Shown here in pieces: positions 62,301 through 64,000 of a DNA stretch of 64,000 nt; the first letter of the stretch is position 1, and each line of letters starts with the position of its first letter. The DNA comes from Balanoglossus misakiensis (Eukaryota; Animalia; Hemichordata), in NCBI GenBank assembly GCA_040954595.2, contig CM082577.2, forward strand, positions 13,027,903-13,091,902. The letters run 5' to 3'. The notes under the pieces were generated by a model. That model made no database searches, was not told the origin of the DNA, and was given only the letters and a program-made list of their open reading frames with translations. The translations under genes and the position numbers were made by a program.

Positions 62301-63829
62301 TGAAAGTAGGCCATAGGGTCATCCCAAGATTATCAAAATTGTGTCAAAACATTATCGCCCACACCAGTCCATGTCCAACAACATAAATGACTTGCGTTGG
62401 TCAGCGTAAAATATTTAATAATGTTAACATAGGTCAAAAAAGGTCATTATCACAAAACAACTGCACCAATAGCTTTGTTTAAGCCCTAAATTTGATCTGC
62501 TCAAACTTGAATTGGAGCACTCTAACTTTATAACCTTGATAACCATGTAAACTACCTGTTAATTACTTTGACACTGCTAAGAGTCTCTTCATACAATTTG
62601 GTCTCTGTGAAAACTGTATCTTTAGCATTATCTATGAGATAATAATTAAAGCCTGTAGAGTTGCCACATTTTACATTATTTTCATGATTTTATTTTCCAA
62701 CTTAAATTGGTCCACATAAATAACCTTACAGATAGATATGAACATTTGATTGATGTCCAATAGTGGCTGTATGTTGTAATTTGAACACACTAAACAGTAT
62801 ATTAAATGGGTGCCACACCCATGCAGCCTCCATACAAACAGTTAAATGCAGCCATCATGGTATATGTGTCGCCAAGAGATTACAAACTGATGATTATAGC
62901 TTAATGGTGAGGATTTTGGAAATTTATGTGAAATATGGCAGCTCTTAGCGTTTTTAAGTCCCATGGTAAGTTATATATCATACTAGGTGCAGTCAAACTT
63001 TGCCTACAGCATAATGGCAATCATGCACCTTCCGACAGACATTAAAACCCTGACAACATCATAAACACACATGCCACATGCCCGCCCACTATCTTTTCAG
63101 TTTTTACTAGTAGAAATCTGTCCCCGTGTACCAATTGGATTAAAACCTGACACATTGTTTTTGTTCATGCCTACAGATAGACACACAGAGGGATGGACAG
63201 ACAGACAGACATCAGCATGACATGAGCTCATGTACCAGTATGTGAATCACGTGAGCGAAAATGGATAATAGTTAAATAGATAATTGGTTGATGGATACAA
63301 TACTCACCATACTGGAAGTATAACATTAATCCATCCAGTAAAAGTATTCCAAATGCATTGCTCACCTTATTAGTTTCCCTCATCAACTGAGCTCCTTTGG
63401 AGAGAAATTGTTTGGTGATGGCTACACAGTCACTATCTTCCCCGCTTGACGTTTCACTGTCACTTTCTTTAACACTTGACGCATAATACAGAGCAGTGTG
63501 TCCTTCCTATTTAAAAGTTATAACCATCACATAATTTTGTAAATTGAAACAACGGCAACAACAACAACAACAGCAAACCATGAGAACTTATATGAAGGTA
63601 TTTCTCTGAAGGTACATATATGAGTTCTGCACTCCTGGATTGAAAATATGAACAAACATTTCCACATATTGGTGTAAACAATATGAATGTTTTTAAAGAA
63701 ATGTGTTTTGAATACAAAAGGAGCACTTACCACAGAAAATGTATTTATATCAGCACCATTTTCTACCAAGATTTCAACACCCTTCAAGTTTCTTTCCTTA
63801 GATAAGATCTGTAATGATGTCATACCACT
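44389..63829 (-). CDS. 19 ankyrin-repeat exons of the same Roco gene; gene continues beyond the window
   Basis: Phase-0 exons with ag/gt: 63731-63829, 63366-63506, 61908-62012, 60932-61036, 59958-60056, 58676-58798, 55789-55887, 55392-55490, 54731-54829, 54276-54392, 53694-53789, 51884-51994, 51370-51474, 51041-51139, 47301-47432, 46649-46747, 46401-46514, 45750-45869, 44389-44517. Examples: DGQTALHRTCRKGYLEAAEILLDCGA, EGKTALHYAAVHCEMEMVQTLLKFNANIN, NGLTPLQLACKEGDLGAVKTLIDAGAKVN. Confidence 0.88.
45623..45723. repeat. (TACA)n microsatellite
   Basis: Direct reading. Confidence 0.95.
47942..49027 (-). mobile_element. Hairpin-ended non-autonomous element
   Basis: 186-bp hairpin at 47942-48127 with minus-strand loop CTCG-ctatcg-CTCG; attattgcat (48130) is the inverse of atgcaataat (49018). 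Confidence 0.65.
51555..51762. repeat. (TATG)n/(TG)n/(TGGA)n compound microsatellite
   Basis: Direct reading; source of the spurious YVCM/HTYI ORFs. Confidence 0.95.
57070..58145. mobile_element. Kolobok-like non-autonomous transposon with long imperfect TIRs
   Basis: TTAA-agggacacacaagcccagcta ... tagttgggcttttgtgtccct; the subterminal inverted repeat gctttgggcatgacgtc / gacgtcatgcccaaagc extends the TIRs. Confidence 0.7.
60221..60601 (+). mobile_element. Partial copy of element A (no hairpin)
   Basis: Highly similar to 18271-18620 plus 21677-21696 (gattggctgagacgc...gtgatataacatggctagagttgataaagccctgtcgcg). A more diverged 5' end lies at ~61160-61250. Confidence 0.8.
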
Positions 63830-64000
63830 CTGTAAAGAAAATAACCGAAACAGATAACAATTACATGCTTGATCATGTTTTCCTTAACAATGTATAGTTT
63901 TTAATGACTGTGGAAGGACAACACCAAAATGTTTCGACAGTAAGAGTGATGATTGTGCCACGATTGTAAAACATAACTTTCCTTTCTCAATTTTCTAAAA

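Overview
AT-rich, intron-containing eukaryotic genomic DNA. The gene and repeat families suggest a marine invertebrate (inference). Three protein-coding genes can be rebuilt by hand from splice sites. (1) The last five exons of an ABCA5-like ABC transporter (+, 160-3170). (2) A complete 13-exon gene (+, 7443-26423, about 1241 aa) for a secreted multidomain protein: signal peptide, a DNase II/plancitoxin-like domain lacking both HxK catalytic motifs, a Cys-containing middle region of unknown family, and an apparently active His-Me (Endonuclease_NS/ENDOD1-like) nuclease. Polybasic furin-type sites separate the modules and there is a basic C-terminal tail. (3) The 3' part of a kinase-less ANK-LRR-ROC-COR (Roco) gene (-, 39791 to beyond 63829), with 19 single-repeat phase-0 ankyrin exons and a 1-bp frameshift in its 3.3-kb last exon. 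Introns and intergenic DNA are dense with transposons: a non-LTR retrotransposon with a TSD, a fragmented L1/Tx1, Harbinger-, Kolobok- and Academ-like elements and a satellite-carrying element. Five unrelated repeats share a terminal hairpin with conserved CTCG/CTCG mismatches. All gene models are manual and no database searches were run.
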